From Verrucomicrobiaceae bacterium (GTDB lineage Bacteria; Verrucomicrobiota; Verrucomicrobiia; Verrucomicrobiales; Verrucomicrobiaceae), in contig JAEUHK010000045.1 of NCBI GenBank assembly GCA_016795465.1, forward strand, positions 39,785 through 103,784: a stretch of DNA of 64,000 bases, given 5' to 3'. Positions 1-9,725 of this stretch are shown here, one piece after another; position 1 is the stretch's first letter; each line of letters starts with the position of its first letter. The position numbers and the translations under genes were made by a program. The notes under the pieces are model-generated. The model was given only the letters and a program-made list of their open reading frames with translations, was not told the origin of the DNA and made no database searches.

Positions 1-1
1 C

Positions 2-355
2 ATCGCCGACGCCGTGCTCGGAGCCCTCGGCGAGCCGGACATCGGCTACTGGTTCCCTCCCAGCGATGCGAGCATCGAAGGCATCTGCAGCCTCAAAATC
101 CTCGAAAAGTGCGCCCAGATCGCCGCGGACCGCGGTTACCTGATTGAGAACGTCGATGCCTCTCTCATCGCCGAGGCCCCGAAAGTGATGAAGCACGCTC
201 CAGCGATGAAGCAGCACATCGCCACAGCCCTCGACATCCAGCCGGATCAAGTCGGCGTGAAAGCCACCACCAACGAACGCTTGGGTTTCGTCGGCCGCGA
301 AGAAGGTATCGCCGCGATGGCAGTCGCCTGCGTGGTGAAGGCTCCGGCTGTGTGA
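2..355 (+). CDS. ispF: 2-C-methyl-D-erythritol 2,4-cyclodiphosphate synthase (5' partial)
   Basis: Frame is open from the window edge (IADAVLGALGEPDIG..FP). Motifs NVDASLIAEAPK and VGVKATTNERLGFVGREEGIAA are typical of IspF. Confidence 0.95.
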   Translation: MADAVLGALGEPDIGYWFPPSDASIEGICSLKILEKCAQIAADRGYLIENVDASLIAEAPKVMKHAPAMKQHIATALDIQPDQVGVKATTNERLGFVGREEGIAAMAVACVVKAPAV

Positions 356-409
356 TGGCGGCTTTTCCTCTTTCAACATAGAAAGAGCGACTGTTAGGTA
401 CCTGCCGTC

Positions 410-2284
410 ATGCAGGTTTTCTTCAGCCAAGGTGTCGCCGTTCTCTTCTCCAAAACTCCGGACCTCGGAGTCCTTCGCCTTCATTTGGAGCGTGCGGGCT
501 ACACCATTTCATCGATGGAAGAACCATCGGAGTGGCCGGAGATGCAGGGAGCGATGCTCAAACTGGGGACGAACCTCTCCAACGGAGCCGTTTGCTGGGT
601 GGACATCTGCGATTTCCGCTGGCCGGATGACATGGGCTGCTCCGAGCCCCCCACGCGGCTGACGGCTGCGCATGCGATGGGGGCGTTTGGCCCCTCCGTG
701 AAACCTGGCGCCCTCGCTCGGGCAATGGAAGCCCCTGGTTATCAGGAGGCTGTGCCAGGAGCACAAGCCCACCAAGCCTTTGTGAGGCTGAGAATGAGCA
801 CCTTTTTTCAACAAACTCCGAGCGGACCGCCTTCGGACACGCCGCCGCCTGTGCCGCAACCGGCCCACGAACTGGCTTTCCTACTGCATGCCGCCGCGAC
901 TCTGGTCTCTGCTCCCGAAGCGACCGCTTTCTTCAACCCGACCGGCGAGCTGCTGCTGACGCCGCAGGGCCTCACGAGCTGCGTCGCACACGCCGCGGAG
1001 CACCGAGCCTTCCCGATCGAGCCGGTATGCCGCGTCCGTGGCTGCCCGGTGGACGAGACTTGGTCGTTTGTCGATTCCATCGGCCTGAGCCAGTTCAACC
1101 TGCCGGACCATGAGTTTTGCTGGGGAGACCCCGCCCTTTCGCGCCAGGAGCAAATCAGCTTCATGCTCGGTTTGATCCGTTACCAGGTGGAAAACTCAGT
1201 CCGAGTGGGCAGCAGCCACACCACGGATGGTCCGCTGGGCAAACGATGGCGGGCCGAGGAACGAGAAAGCTCCTGCATGCAGCCTCCGCGTGCTGTGCTG
1301 CACTGGCTGGTGGATGGAGCCGGGCCCGAGCCGGAAGTGCTGCGTGCCAGGCATGACGCGGATACCACGCCTGAGCCCAATGAACGTCAGATCGCCGTGG
1401 GAGCCGCCGTCGACGAGGTCTTCAAAAGCCTCGAAAAATGGCTGCCGCATCGCGAAAGCATGCGCCAGCGTGCGGCCGACTGGATTTTGTCGCCAGAATT
1501 CGTCACGACCTACTACGATGACGCGCACTTCCCGGCTGAGTTCCAGCGGGAACTGGAAAGCGTGCTGCCCAAGGACGAGGCACAGAAGACCATCGCGAGC
1601 ATACAGCATCGCGGCAAGCAGAGGCCGGCCTTGCTGGCGCAGTACATGGAGCTCGCCACGAAGGGCCAGTTGTGGTTTGCCACGCCTTTGATGAGCAATC
1701 CGGCCTTTGACTCCAAACCAGACACACTTCTGCCCTGCGGCGTGCTCGTGGCACCTGACCAGACGAGCGAGTCGATCACGCTGGGCGGGCTCTTTGCGGC
1801 ACGTGCCTACGATCTGTATGTTGGTGACGGGGACGCCGCCAAATACCCCGGCACGGCCCGCATGATGGAGAATGACGAATTCCGCCTGTTCTATCGCGAG
1901 GCCTTCCCGCTGGAGGAAACCCAAGGCCAGCGGTTTCTATATCTCTGCCTCCTGCTGAAGAAGGAGTGGATGCCACCGGAAGAGGTCCCGTTTGTGCCGA
2001 TGATGGCACTTCCAGGGGCAGCCGGGGCGATGATGCAGATCCCGTGGCAGGTGCTCAGCGAGAACCCGTCGGCAGGTCCGCCGCTGAAGCCTGGCACCTT
2101 CAACAAGTATGCCGTGAAGGAAAGGGAGCGAGAAAAGCGGGATGCCATGCTGGAAGAGCGCTACAAAGGCTTCGGCGGTTTCTTCGTGCGCTGCTGGGAC
2201 TACACCGTGCTGGCTTTCTGGGCCCTCTTCTGGCTCGGCGTCGCCATCGCCGTCATCAAAGAGGTGATGAAGCGTTTGTTTTGA
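410..2284 (+). CDS. Hypothetical protein with N-terminal DUF4261-like domain and C-terminal membrane anchor
   Basis: 624-aa ORF. AHQAFVRL and VDSIGLSQFNLPDHE resemble DUF4261. Hydrophobic C-terminus VLAFWALFWLGVAIAVI. Confidence 0.6.
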   Translation: MQVFFSQGVAVLFSKTPDLGVLRLHLERAGYTISSMEEPSEWPEMQGAMLKLGTNLSNGAVCWVDICDFRWPDDMGCSEPPTRLTAAHAMGAFGPSVKPGALARAMEAPGYQEAVPGAQAHQAFVRLRMSTFFQQTPSGPPSDTPPPVPQPAHELAFLLHAAATLVSAPEATAFFNPTGELLLTPQGLTSCVAHAAEHRAFPIEPVCRVRGCPVDETWSFVDSIGLSQFNLPDHEFCWGDPALSRQEQISFMLGLIRYQVENSVRVGSSHTTDGPLGKRWRAEERESSCMQPPRAVLHWLVDGAGPEPEVLRARHDADTTPEPNERQIAVGAAVDEVFKSLEKWLPHRESMRQRAADWILSPEFVTTYYDDAHFPAEFQRELESVLPKDEAQKTIASIQHRGKQRPALLAQYMELATKGQLWFATPLMSNPAFDSKPDTLLPCGVLVAPDQTSESITLGGLFAARAYDLYVGDGDAAKYPGTARMMENDEFRLFYREAFPLEETQGQRFLYLCLLLKKEWMPPEEVPFVPMMALPGAAGAMMQIPWQVLSENPSAGPPLKPGTFNKYAVKEREREKRDAMLEERYKGFGGFFVRCWDYTVLAFWALFWLGVAIAVIKEVMKRLF

Positions 2285-2303
2285 GGCTTGAACCATCTGG
2301 CAC

Positions 2304-2336
2304 AAAAAAAGGCCATGCGGTGAAGCATGGCCTTTT
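2304..2336. terminator. Bidirectional rho-independent terminator
   Basis: AAAAAAA-GGCCATGC-ggtgaa-GCATGGCC-TTTT between convergent genes. Confidence 0.85.
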
Positions 2337-2360
2337 CGTGAATCAAATCGGCAAAAGCGA

Positions 2361-3392
2361 TCAAACGGTGCCGAAGATGGTCTTGCCGGTGCTGAGGAGA
2401 TCGTTGCAGGCCTCCTTCATGCGGTCGCAGAGACCCTGCTCGCCCTTCTTGAGGTAGGAGCGGGGGTCGTAGGCTTTCTTGTCGCCGATCTCGCCGTCGA
2501 TCTTGAGGACGCCATCATAATTTTTCATGATGTGACCGACAATGGGACGCGTGAAGGCGTATTGGGTGTCGGTGTCGATGTTCATCTTGATGACGCCGTA
2601 GCCGAGGGTTTCGCGAATCTCTTCGAGAGGCGTGCCGGAGCCGCCGTGGAAAACGAGGTCCATTTCGGCAGCCGCACCGTGCTTGTCCATGACCGCCTTC
2701 TGGCCATCGCGAAGGATGGTGGGCTTCAGTTTGACGGCGCCGGGCTTGTAGGAGCCGTGAACGTTACCAAACGTGGCAGCGAACATGAAGCGGCCGATGC
2801 CATTGAGGGCTTCATACACGGCAACCATGTCTTCCGGGGTGGTGTAGAGCTTGTCGTTGGCGACGCCGGAGGTGTCGTGACCGTCTTCTTCACCACCGAC
2901 GACGCCAGCCTCGACTTCGAGGATGATGTCGAGCTCGGCGCACTGCTTGAGGAGGTCTTTGGAGACCTTGATGTTCTCCTCGAGGCTCAGCTCAGAACCA
3001 TCGAACATGTGCGAGTTGAAGAGATTGCCTTTGCCGGCCTCACGACGTGCCTTGGTGGCGGCGAGGAGGGGCTTGAGGAACTTCTCAACGTTCTTCGGAT
3101 GGCAGTGATCCGTGTGGAGGGCGACCAGGACGTCGTATTTGGCGGCGAGGATGTGGACGGCCTCGGCGAGCACGATGGCTCCGAGGGCCATGTCTTTGAC
3201 GGCGGTGCCGGAGGCGAACTCACCGCCACCAGTGGAAACCTGGATGATGCCGTCGGACTTGCTCTCGGCGAAGGCTTTCAACGCCCCGTTTATGGTGGGC
3301 AGGGAGGTGACGTTGATGGCAGGATAGGCGTAACCACCCTTCTGGGCGGCATCAAGCATGGCACGGTATTGGGCAGGTGTGGCGACGGGCAT
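2361..3392 (-). CDS. fbaA: Class II fructose-bisphosphate aldolase
   Basis: Motifs LHTDHC, SHMFDGS, FGNVHGSYKPG, VFHGGSG and KMNIDTDTQ. Confidence 0.97.
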   Translation of the reverse strand: MPVATPAQYRAMLDAAQKGGYAYPAINVTSLPTINGALKAFAESKSDGIIQVSTGGGEFASGTAVKDMALGAIVLAEAVHILAAKYDVLVALHTDHCHPKNVEKFLKPLLAATKARREAGKGNLFNSHMFDGSELSLEENIKVSKDLLKQCAELDIILEVEAGVVGGEEDGHDTSGVANDKLYTTPEDMVAVYEALNGIGRFMFAATFGNVHGSYKPGAVKLKPTILRDGQKAVMDKHGAAAEMDLVFHGGSGTPLEEIRETLGYGVIKMNIDTDTQYAFTRPIVGHIMKNYDGVLKIDGEIGDKKAYDPRSYLKKGEQGLCDRMKEACNDLLSTGKTIFGTV

Positions 3393-3405
3393 CTTTGAGT
3401 CTTTA

Positions 3406-3475
3406 GATTTGGGATTTCTGATTCCTGATTCGGGAAACTGACAGCATGAATCAGGAACCAGGATTCATGAATCAG
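3406..3475. repeat. Inverted array of tandem heptamers
   Basis: GATTTGG GATTTCT GATTCCT GATTCGG, a 14-nt spacer, then GAATCAG GAACCAG GATTCAT GAATCAG. Core TTCCTGATTC/GAATCAGGAA pairs perfectly. Confidence 0.75.
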
Positions 3476-3513
3476 TGAGTTGAAAAAGCAGTGAGCGGGC
3501 CAGCGGCAGAGTT

Positions 3514-5352
3514 TTAATTGTAGCTGCGGATGGACTGGATGCGGACACGGCGCGTGGTGTGCGCGGCATCGCCGGGAAGCTCCAATTCATCTCCGGGAAC
3601 GCGGCCGATGAGGGCCTTCGCTTTTTCGGAGAGGTAGGAGATGATGTTCTTCTCCAGATCGCTGTCCCAGGCACCGAGGATGCTGACGGTCTCGGTCGAG
3701 CCATCGCCGAGATCGGCGAGCTCGACAATGGTGCCGATGCCGACCTTGTCGGAGGGCATGCCGGCGAAATCGGTGCCGTGAGCGTGGCGGATTTCACGCT
3801 CGTATTTGCCCTGCATGCGGAGGAGCACAGCCTGCTGGTCACGCGCGGCCTTGTAACCGCCATTCTCGCGAAGGTCACCCTCCGCTCGGGCGATCTGGAT
3901 CTCTCGTTTGTTCTCGGGAATTTGCACGTTCACGAGGTCTTCGAGCTCCTTCTTCTTCCGTTCGAGGGATTCCCACGAAACGATGAGGCGGTCATCCTGA
4001 CGTGCAGCGGCGTTGTCAGCCATCATGGCCTCCATTTCAGGGCGCGACTTGATGATGCGAGCCATGAGCGAGCGACGGGTGAGGTCGTCGAAGGCCGAAT
4101 TGCCCAAAATGCGCTTGGCGAGCAGGCGGATGTCCTCTTCTTCGGCCTCGGCGACCATTTCACCGAGCAGCGTGGCTTCGTCGGAAAGCAGGCTTTGGAG
4201 ACGGCCGGTGCGCTTTGGACCACCTTCCATCTGATCGTGATCGATGACATCAAGGATGGCGTGCCCCAAGTCGATGTCGAAGCAGGACTCGGCGAGGCCT
4301 TTGCGCTCGCGAGCCATCCAAATGAGAAGGTCAGCGCTCAGGTTGCGGTTGCGCAGACACTTCTTGAGAGCGTCGGCGAGCACATCGAGCTCGTCATTGT
4401 CGCTGAGCACGATGGCGATCTCGGCCACGGCCTTGCCACCAGTGCGGGTGAGCTGCTGAAGGATCTCCGGCACCCAGGCACGATTCGGAAAGGCCTCGGG
4501 GAAGGAGCGATAAACGCGGGCGAGGGCCGCCGAGGCGAGCGTCTTGATGGAATCCGCCAACGTGGCTCGGGTCTCGGAAACGAGGTCGGCCAGCTTCATG
4601 CTGCCCAGCGGAGCGGATCCGCCGAGGCTCTCGATGAGCTCATCGCGGGCGAGGAGGAGCTGCAGGCTCTCTTTGAGGTGTAGCTTGAAGGCCTTGCGAA
4701 CAGTGTCGGAAATGTCTTGGAAGACAGGAACGAGCTCTGTCTTGGCATCGCCAAAGAGATCGATGTCCTTCGCGATACTGGCGAGGGCGGCGAGCTTGCT
4801 CTTCATGTCGCGAGCGGCGAGGAAGCCTTTCACCATGACATCCGAGGGCTTCTCGGCCTGATCACGCAGGATGAGATTCTCAGCCCGTTTGGTCGGCACA
4901 ACGACGTGACGATGGGCTTTGAGGGCCTTTTTGGCCGCCTCCCACCAGCGCTTGTAATCGGCCTCTGGAATGATTTTGCCCTTCAGGAGGGCTTCAAGGC
5001 CGTCGAGGGAGAGTGAGTTGCCGCTGCTTTTCAAGGCGAGCTCGACCAAAGCAGGCGCATTGTCCTTGGCGAGGGCTTTGAGGCCTTCCAGATCGGTCAG
5101 GCGGCGAGCAAGGAGGCTGTCGGAGGGCAGGATTTCGAGCGAATTGGCGGCAAAGGCCAGCTTCATGCTGTGGCCGGGCTTGCTTTCGAAGTCGATGCCG
5201 AGGCGGTCACCCAGCAAATCCCATTCGGTGATCCGGCCGATGCCCCAGCTTTTATGCTGCACGGCTGTTCCGGGTTCGAGTTTGGAAACTTTTTCTGCAT
5301 CTGCGCCGGAGAGCTTGCCGGCGGCCACAAGATTTTGCACCTCTGGATTCAT
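3514..5352 (-). CDS. greA: Long-form GreA/GreB-family transcription elongation factor
   Basis: C-terminal Gre domain (IARAEGDLRENGGYKAAR; ILGAWDSD..NIISYLS..AKALIG) with a ~450-aa N-terminal extension. Start taken at MNPEVQ (5352). Confidence 0.85.
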   Translation of the reverse strand: MNPEVQNLVAAGKLSGADAEKVSKLEPGTAVQHKSWGIGRITEWDLLGDRLGIDFESKPGHSMKLAFAANSLEILPSDSLLARRLTDLEGLKALAKDNAPALVELALKSSGNSLSLDGLEALLKGKIIPEADYKRWWEAAKKALKAHRHVVVPTKRAENLILRDQAEKPSDVMVKGFLAARDMKSKLAALASIAKDIDLFGDAKTELVPVFQDISDTVRKAFKLHLKESLQLLLARDELIESLGGSAPLGSMKLADLVSETRATLADSIKTLASAALARVYRSFPEAFPNRAWVPEILQQLTRTGGKAVAEIAIVLSDNDELDVLADALKKCLRNRNLSADLLIWMARERKGLAESCFDIDLGHAILDVIDHDQMEGGPKRTGRLQSLLSDEATLLGEMVAEAEEEDIRLLAKRILGNSAFDDLTRRSLMARIIKSRPEMEAMMADNAAARQDDRLIVSWESLERKKKELEDLVNVQIPENKREIQIARAEGDLRENGGYKAARDQQAVLLRMQGKYEREIRHAHGTDFAGMPSDKVGIGTIVELADLGDGSTETVSILGAWDSDLEKNIISYLSEKAKALIGRVPGDELELPGDAAHTTRRVRIQSIRSYN

Positions 5353-5471
5353 GGGGGGCGCAGAGTAGGCACTCAGGGAACTGTGGCAAGGGATGGTTTC
5401 CCCATCGCAAACTTTCCTGATAATCGTTGTTGCCAAACGGAGCCAAAATTTGCTAATAACCATCACGTCGC

Positions 5472-5891
5472 ATGAAAAACCGATTCGTTCTCCTCGCCCT
5501 CGCCGCCTTTACCCTCGCTGGTTCCGCCTTCGCGGACATCCAGTCCCCTCCTGGACATCACTACACCTGGAGCGGCAAGCTCACTCGTGGCGTGGGCAAC
5601 ATCCTCTTCGCTCCCGGCGAGTACATCACCCGCTGGCGCATGGCGCTCAAGGAGCGTGGCCCTGCCGCTGGTGTCGCTGAAGGCCTCGTCGAAGGCACTC
5701 ATCGCAGCATCGTCCGCATTTTCTACGGTGTGTATGAAGTGGCCACCTGCCCGGTTCCCTCTTGGAAGCTGACCTACCGCCCGCCGTATCCGAGCCGTGA
5801 GCACGTGGACAACTGGTGGGGCTACACCGATTTCGTGAACGAAAACGGTCAGCTCACCCACACCCGCTACTCCCGCACGCAGGGCTGGTAA
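5472..5891 (+). CDS. Exosortase system-associated protein (TIGR04073-like), secreted
   Basis: Signal peptide followed by the KLTRGVGNILFAPGE...GVYEVATCPVP pattern. Confidence 0.75.
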   Translation: MKNRFVLLALAAFTLAGSAFADIQSPPGHHYTWSGKLTRGVGNILFAPGEYITRWRMALKERGPAAGVAEGLVEGTHRSIVRIFYGVYEVATCPVPSWKLTYRPPYPSREHVDNWWGYTDFVNENGQLTHTRYSRTQGW

Positions 5892-5970
5892 GACTCTCTT
5901 TTGAATCAGGCGCGGTCCGTGCAAGCGGCCCGCGCCTTTTTTGTGCCATCACACATCCCTTTACCCGCTC

Positions 5971-7011
5971 ATGAAACGCAATCGCCTCGGCCGCACCGGC
6001 ATCGTCGTCACGGACATCTGCATGGGAACCATGACTTTCGGCCTCCAGGCCGATGAGAAGACCTCGTTTGCCATCATGGATCGGGCGATCGATGCCGGGA
6101 TCGACTTCTTTGACACGGCAGAAATGTATCCCGTGCCGCCGAGTGCCGAGAAATTCGGCATCACGGAGGAAATCGTGGGCCGCTGGCTCAAAGGAAAGCC
6201 CCGCGGCGAAATCATTCTCGCCACCAAAGTCACCGGCCCAGGCCACGGCTGGTTCCGCCCGCCGGTGCGTGGCGGTTTCACGGCTCTCGACCGCCGCCAG
6301 ATCTTCCAGGCCTGCGAAGACAGCCTCCGCCGCCTGCAAACCGATTACATTGACCTCTATCAAACGCATTGGCCGGATCATGGAATGGAGCACGAGGAGA
6401 CGCTCAGTGCCCTGACGACGCTCATCGAACAGGGCAAAATCCGCGCCTGGGGCTCCAGCAATGAAACCTGCTGGGGTGTGATGAAGAACCTGTGGGAAGC
6501 GGAGAAGCACGGCCTCGCCCGCATGGCATCTGTGCAAAATAATTTCTCGCTCATCAACCGCCGCTGCGAGAGCGAACTCGCCCAGGTGTGCCGGAAGGAA
6601 GGCGTGAGCCTCCTGCCCTACTCGCCGCTCGGCGGCGGCGTGCTCACCGGGAAATACAACGGCGGCGCCCTGCCCTCCGGGGCTCGTTTCACCGATTACA
6701 TTCAAAATGGCGGCCCGCGGCAGAAACGCATGGCGGCACGCTTTGTGAACGAACGCACGCTGGAGACCACCGCGCGGCTGCAAGTCATCGCCCAGGATTT
6801 GGGTGTGAGCGTCACGGCGCTCGCCCTGGCGTGGAGCCGTCAGCATGACTTTGTTGCCTCGACCATTGTCGGTGCCACCACGCTGGAGCAATTCGAGGAG
6901 AGCCTGCAGGCCGCCGATTTGATCCTCGATGCCGAAACGCTCGCCCGTATCGACGAAATCGACGCTGCGATTCCCACACCGATGACCGAAGACGGCCTCC
7001 GCCGCTTGTGA
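5971..7011 (+). CDS. Aldo/keto reductase (Tas-like)
   Basis: Motifs [32 protein letters not shown] and YSPLGGG. Confidence 0.93.
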   Translation: MKRNRLGRTGIVVTDICMGTMTFGLQADEKTSFAIMDRAIDAGIDFFDTAEMYPVPPSAEKFGITEEIVGRWLKGKPRGEIILATKVTGPGHGWFRPPVRGGFTALDRRQIFQACEDSLRRLQTDYIDLYQTHWPDHGMEHEETLSALTTLIEQGKIRAWGSSNETCWGVMKNLWEAEKHGLARMASVQNNFSLINRRCESELAQVCRKEGVSLLPYSPLGGGVLTGKYNGGALPSGARFTDYIQNGGPRQKRMAARFVNERTLETTARLQVIAQDLGVSVTALALAWSRQHDFVASTIVGATTLEQFEESLQAADLILDAETLARIDEIDAAIPTPMTEDGLRRL

Positions 7012-7053
7012 GGAGAGCAAGAACGAGCAGCCGCCGTGCGTTCTCGGCGGCCC

Positions 7054-8334
7054 ATGATCCGTCTTTTGCTCCTCAGCCTTCTCGCCATCGCCACGCTGCG
7101 TGCCGCCGACACGCCGCCGAACATCGTCATGATCATCTCTGACGATCATTTGTGGAGCGATTACGGCTTCATGGGGCATACGCACCTGCAAACACCAAAC
7201 CTTGATCGCCTCGCCGCCGAGAGCCGCACCTTCAAACGCGGCTATGTGACCAGCAGCCTGTGCTGCCCTAGTCTCGCCACGATCGTCACCGGCCTCTACC
7301 CGCACCAGCACAAGGTCACCAGCAACGATCCCGCCATTCCCGCAGGAGCGAAGCCGCGTGAGTTTCAAAGGAGCCCCGCTTTTGAGGCCGGACGCGAGAC
7401 GATGAGCCAGTTCCTCGAAAGCGCCGGCACGCTGCCGAAGATGCTCCAGCAAAAGGGCTACCTGAGCCTCCAAACCGGAAAGTGGTGGCAGAAGCATTAC
7501 TCCCGCGGCGGCTTCACCCACGGCATGACCGAGGGCGGACGCCATGGTGACAAGGGTCTCGACATCGGCCGCAAGACCATGCAGCCCGTTTATGACTTCA
7601 TCGGCGAGGCCAAGAAGCAGCAAAAGCCTTTCCTCGTCTGGTATGCGCCGATGATGCCGCATGATCCGCACACGCCGCCAAAGCGCCTGCTCGACAAATA
7701 TCTCGGCAAAGCACCGAGCGAGCATGTGGCGAAGTATTGGGCCATGGTCGATTGGTTTGACGAGACCTGCGGCGAGCTCGTGAAGCACATCGACGACAAC
7801 GGCCTCAAGGAGAACACCATCATCGTTTACATCACCGACAACGGCTGGATCACGAACCCGAAAACCGGTCGCTACGCCGACAAGTCGAAGCAAAGCCAGT
7901 ATGATGGCGGTTTGCGCACGCCGATCATGATTCGCTGGCCCGGCAAAGTGAAGCCGGAGATGCATCCCGCTCTCGCCCAATCCATCGACCTCGTGCCGAC
8001 GCTGCTCAAGGCCGCGGGCGTTGAAAACCCAAAGCCCATGCCCGGCCTCAATTTGCTCGACGATGCCGCCGTGAATGCCCGCACCACGATTTACGGCGAA
8101 TGCTTCACCCACAACTTCGTGGACATCCAAAATCCCGCCTCCAGCCTGAAGTGGCGCTGGATCATTGATGGCAACGACAAGCTCATCGTGCCTGCCAAAG
8201 CCAACCAACCCGAAGACGTCACCGAGCTCTACGACCTGCAAAACGATCCCACCGAGGAGAAAAACCTCGCCGCAGACCACGCGGACAAGGTGAAGTCACT
8301 CCAAGCCAAGCTCGACGCCTGGTGGAAGCCCTGA
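7054..8334 (+). CDS. Formylglycine-type sulfatase family protein, secreted
   Basis: Signal peptide, PNIVMIISDD, LQTPNLDRLA, SLCCPSLATIVTG, TGKWW, YITDNG and ELYDLQNDPTE. Confidence 0.9.
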   Translation: MIRLLLLSLLAIATLRAADTPPNIVMIISDDHLWSDYGFMGHTHLQTPNLDRLAAESRTFKRGYVTSSLCCPSLATIVTGLYPHQHKVTSNDPAIPAGAKPREFQRSPAFEAGRETMSQFLESAGTLPKMLQQKGYLSLQTGKWWQKHYSRGGFTHGMTEGGRHGDKGLDIGRKTMQPVYDFIGEAKKQQKPFLVWYAPMMPHDPHTPPKRLLDKYLGKAPSEHVAKYWAMVDWFDETCGELVKHIDDNGLKENTIIVYITDNGWITNPKTGRYADKSKQSQYDGGLRTPIMIRWPGKVKPEMHPALAQSIDLVPTLLKAAGVENPKPMPGLNLLDDAAVNARTTIYGECFTHNFVDIQNPASSLKWRWIIDGNDKLIVPAKANQPEDVTELYDLQNDPTEEKNLAADHADKVKSLQAKLDAWWKP

Positions 8335-8341
8335 TTGGTCA

Positions 8342-9391
8342 TCACACTGCCGGATACTCGATCAGCGCCTTCACCACTTTTCGCTCCCGCACGGCCGCGA
8401 AGCCATCGGCAATGCGTTCCAGCGGAAAGCGGTGGGTGATAAAATCCTTCGAGGTTAGCTTCCCTTCGCGAATCCACTGGCAAAGCGCCGGCTGCGCCTC
8501 GCGTTCATACTGTCGTGTGGGCCATTGATGCACGAAGAGGTTGAAATTGAAGTCCGCGAGCTTGCGGTCGATGTGCAACGGACCGCCGGTGAGCACGCCG
8601 TAGATGCAGTGAGAGCCTCCACGCTTCAGCAGCGGCAGCGCCTGCATGGCGATCTCCGCCTTGCCCACGGCATCAATGACCGCGTCGAGCTTCCTGCCGC
8701 GTGTTTGGGCCAGTTGAGCGATAGCGGCATCACCGGGTGCAAAGACCGCGTCGGCTCCAAAAGCCTTCGCACGCGCCTGTTTCTCGGGATGCCGATCCAC
8801 GATGCCGATCCAGCCAAGACCAAACAAACGGCCCAATTTCACAAAACTCTGCCCCACCGGCCCGGCGCCATAGATCAGCACGTCATCACCCGGCTTCAGA
8901 TGGAAATCGCGAAACGCTCCGAGCACCTCTCGCCAGGTGCAAAGCAGCACCGCCTCCTCCGCCGGGATATCCGCATCGACGCGAGTCTGGATTTCATACA
9001 CCTCGATCCAGCCGCTCGCCTCATTCGCCACGCCATCAGCGACCATCGCTTGATGGTCATTCGCCAGGGTGAACTCGCAAAAGCCACCCCATCCGCTGTC
9101 CACGCCCTCTTTTTGAAGATCAAAGACCAGCCCGCCGACCACGCGATCACCCACCGCGAAGTTTTTCACCTTCTCGCCCACCTGCGTGACGACGCCGACG
9201 CTCTCATGCCCCAGTGCGAAGGGAAACGCCTCCTCCATGCCGGGAAATTTGCCCGCGAGCAGCTCGCTGTCGGTTTGATTGCAGATGCAGGCCACCTCCG
9301 TCCTCACGAGCGCCTGATACGGCCCGGGCTTCGGCTCGGGCGTGTCGAGAAGGGCGATTTCATACGGCTGGACGGCGACGACGGTCTTCAT
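8342..9391 (-). CDS. Zinc-binding (MDR) dehydrogenase
   Basis: ALGHESVG and GAGPVG motifs. Lacks the 4-Cys structural Zn loop. Start at MKTVVAV. Confidence 0.88.
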   Translation of the reverse strand: MKTVVAVQPYEIALLDTPEPKPGPYQALVRTEVACICNQTDSELLAGKFPGMEEAFPFALGHESVGVVTQVGEKVKNFAVGDRVVGGLVFDLQKEGVDSGWGGFCEFTLANDHQAMVADGVANEASGWIEVYEIQTRVDADIPAEEAVLLCTWREVLGAFRDFHLKPGDDVLIYGAGPVGQSFVKLGRLFGLGWIGIVDRHPEKQARAKAFGADAVFAPGDAAIAQLAQTRGRKLDAVIDAVGKAEIAMQALPLLKRGGSHCIYGVLTGGPLHIDRKLADFNFNLFVHQWPTRQYEREAQPALCQWIREGKLTSKDFITHRFPLERIADGFAAVRERKVVKALIEYPAV

Positions 9392-9482
9392 GGGCGGCCA
9401 TACCTCCCGAATCATGCGCCGCGTGCAAACACGAATGCATATTGCGGCTTGCAAGCGGAACGCCCTCGCCAACACTCCGCGC

Positions 9483-9722
9483 ATGGAAACACTCCCGAAG
9501 ATTCACGACAAGCAACCTGTGGCCGTCGAACTCCCAGCCGGAGACCATTGGTGGTGCGCCTGCGGCCTCAGCGGTCATCAGCCGAACTGCGACGGCTCTC
9601 ACAAAGGCACCGGCTTCGGCCCGAAGAAGTTCACGCTGCCCGAAGCGAAGAAGGTCTGGCTCTGCAACTGCAAGCACACGAAGAACCCGCCCTTCTGTGA
9701 TGGCTCCCACAAAGCCCTCTGA
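9483..9722 (+). CDS. Double CDGSH iron-sulfur domain protein (CISD3/MiNT-like)
   Basis: WCACGLSGHQPNCDGSH and LCNCKHTKNPPFCDGSH. Confidence 0.93.
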   Translation: METLPKIHDKQPVAVELPAGDHWWCACGLSGHQPNCDGSHKGTGFGPKKFTLPEAKKVWLCNCKHTKNPPFCDGSHKAL

Positions 9723-9725
9723 ACC

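Noticed and set aside
5854-8280. 808-aa minus-strand ORF and similar long antisense ORFs (e.g. 37098-39083, 25170-26585, 29705-31078)
   Set aside because: Shadows of well-supported opposite-strand genes, as expected in high-GC DNA.
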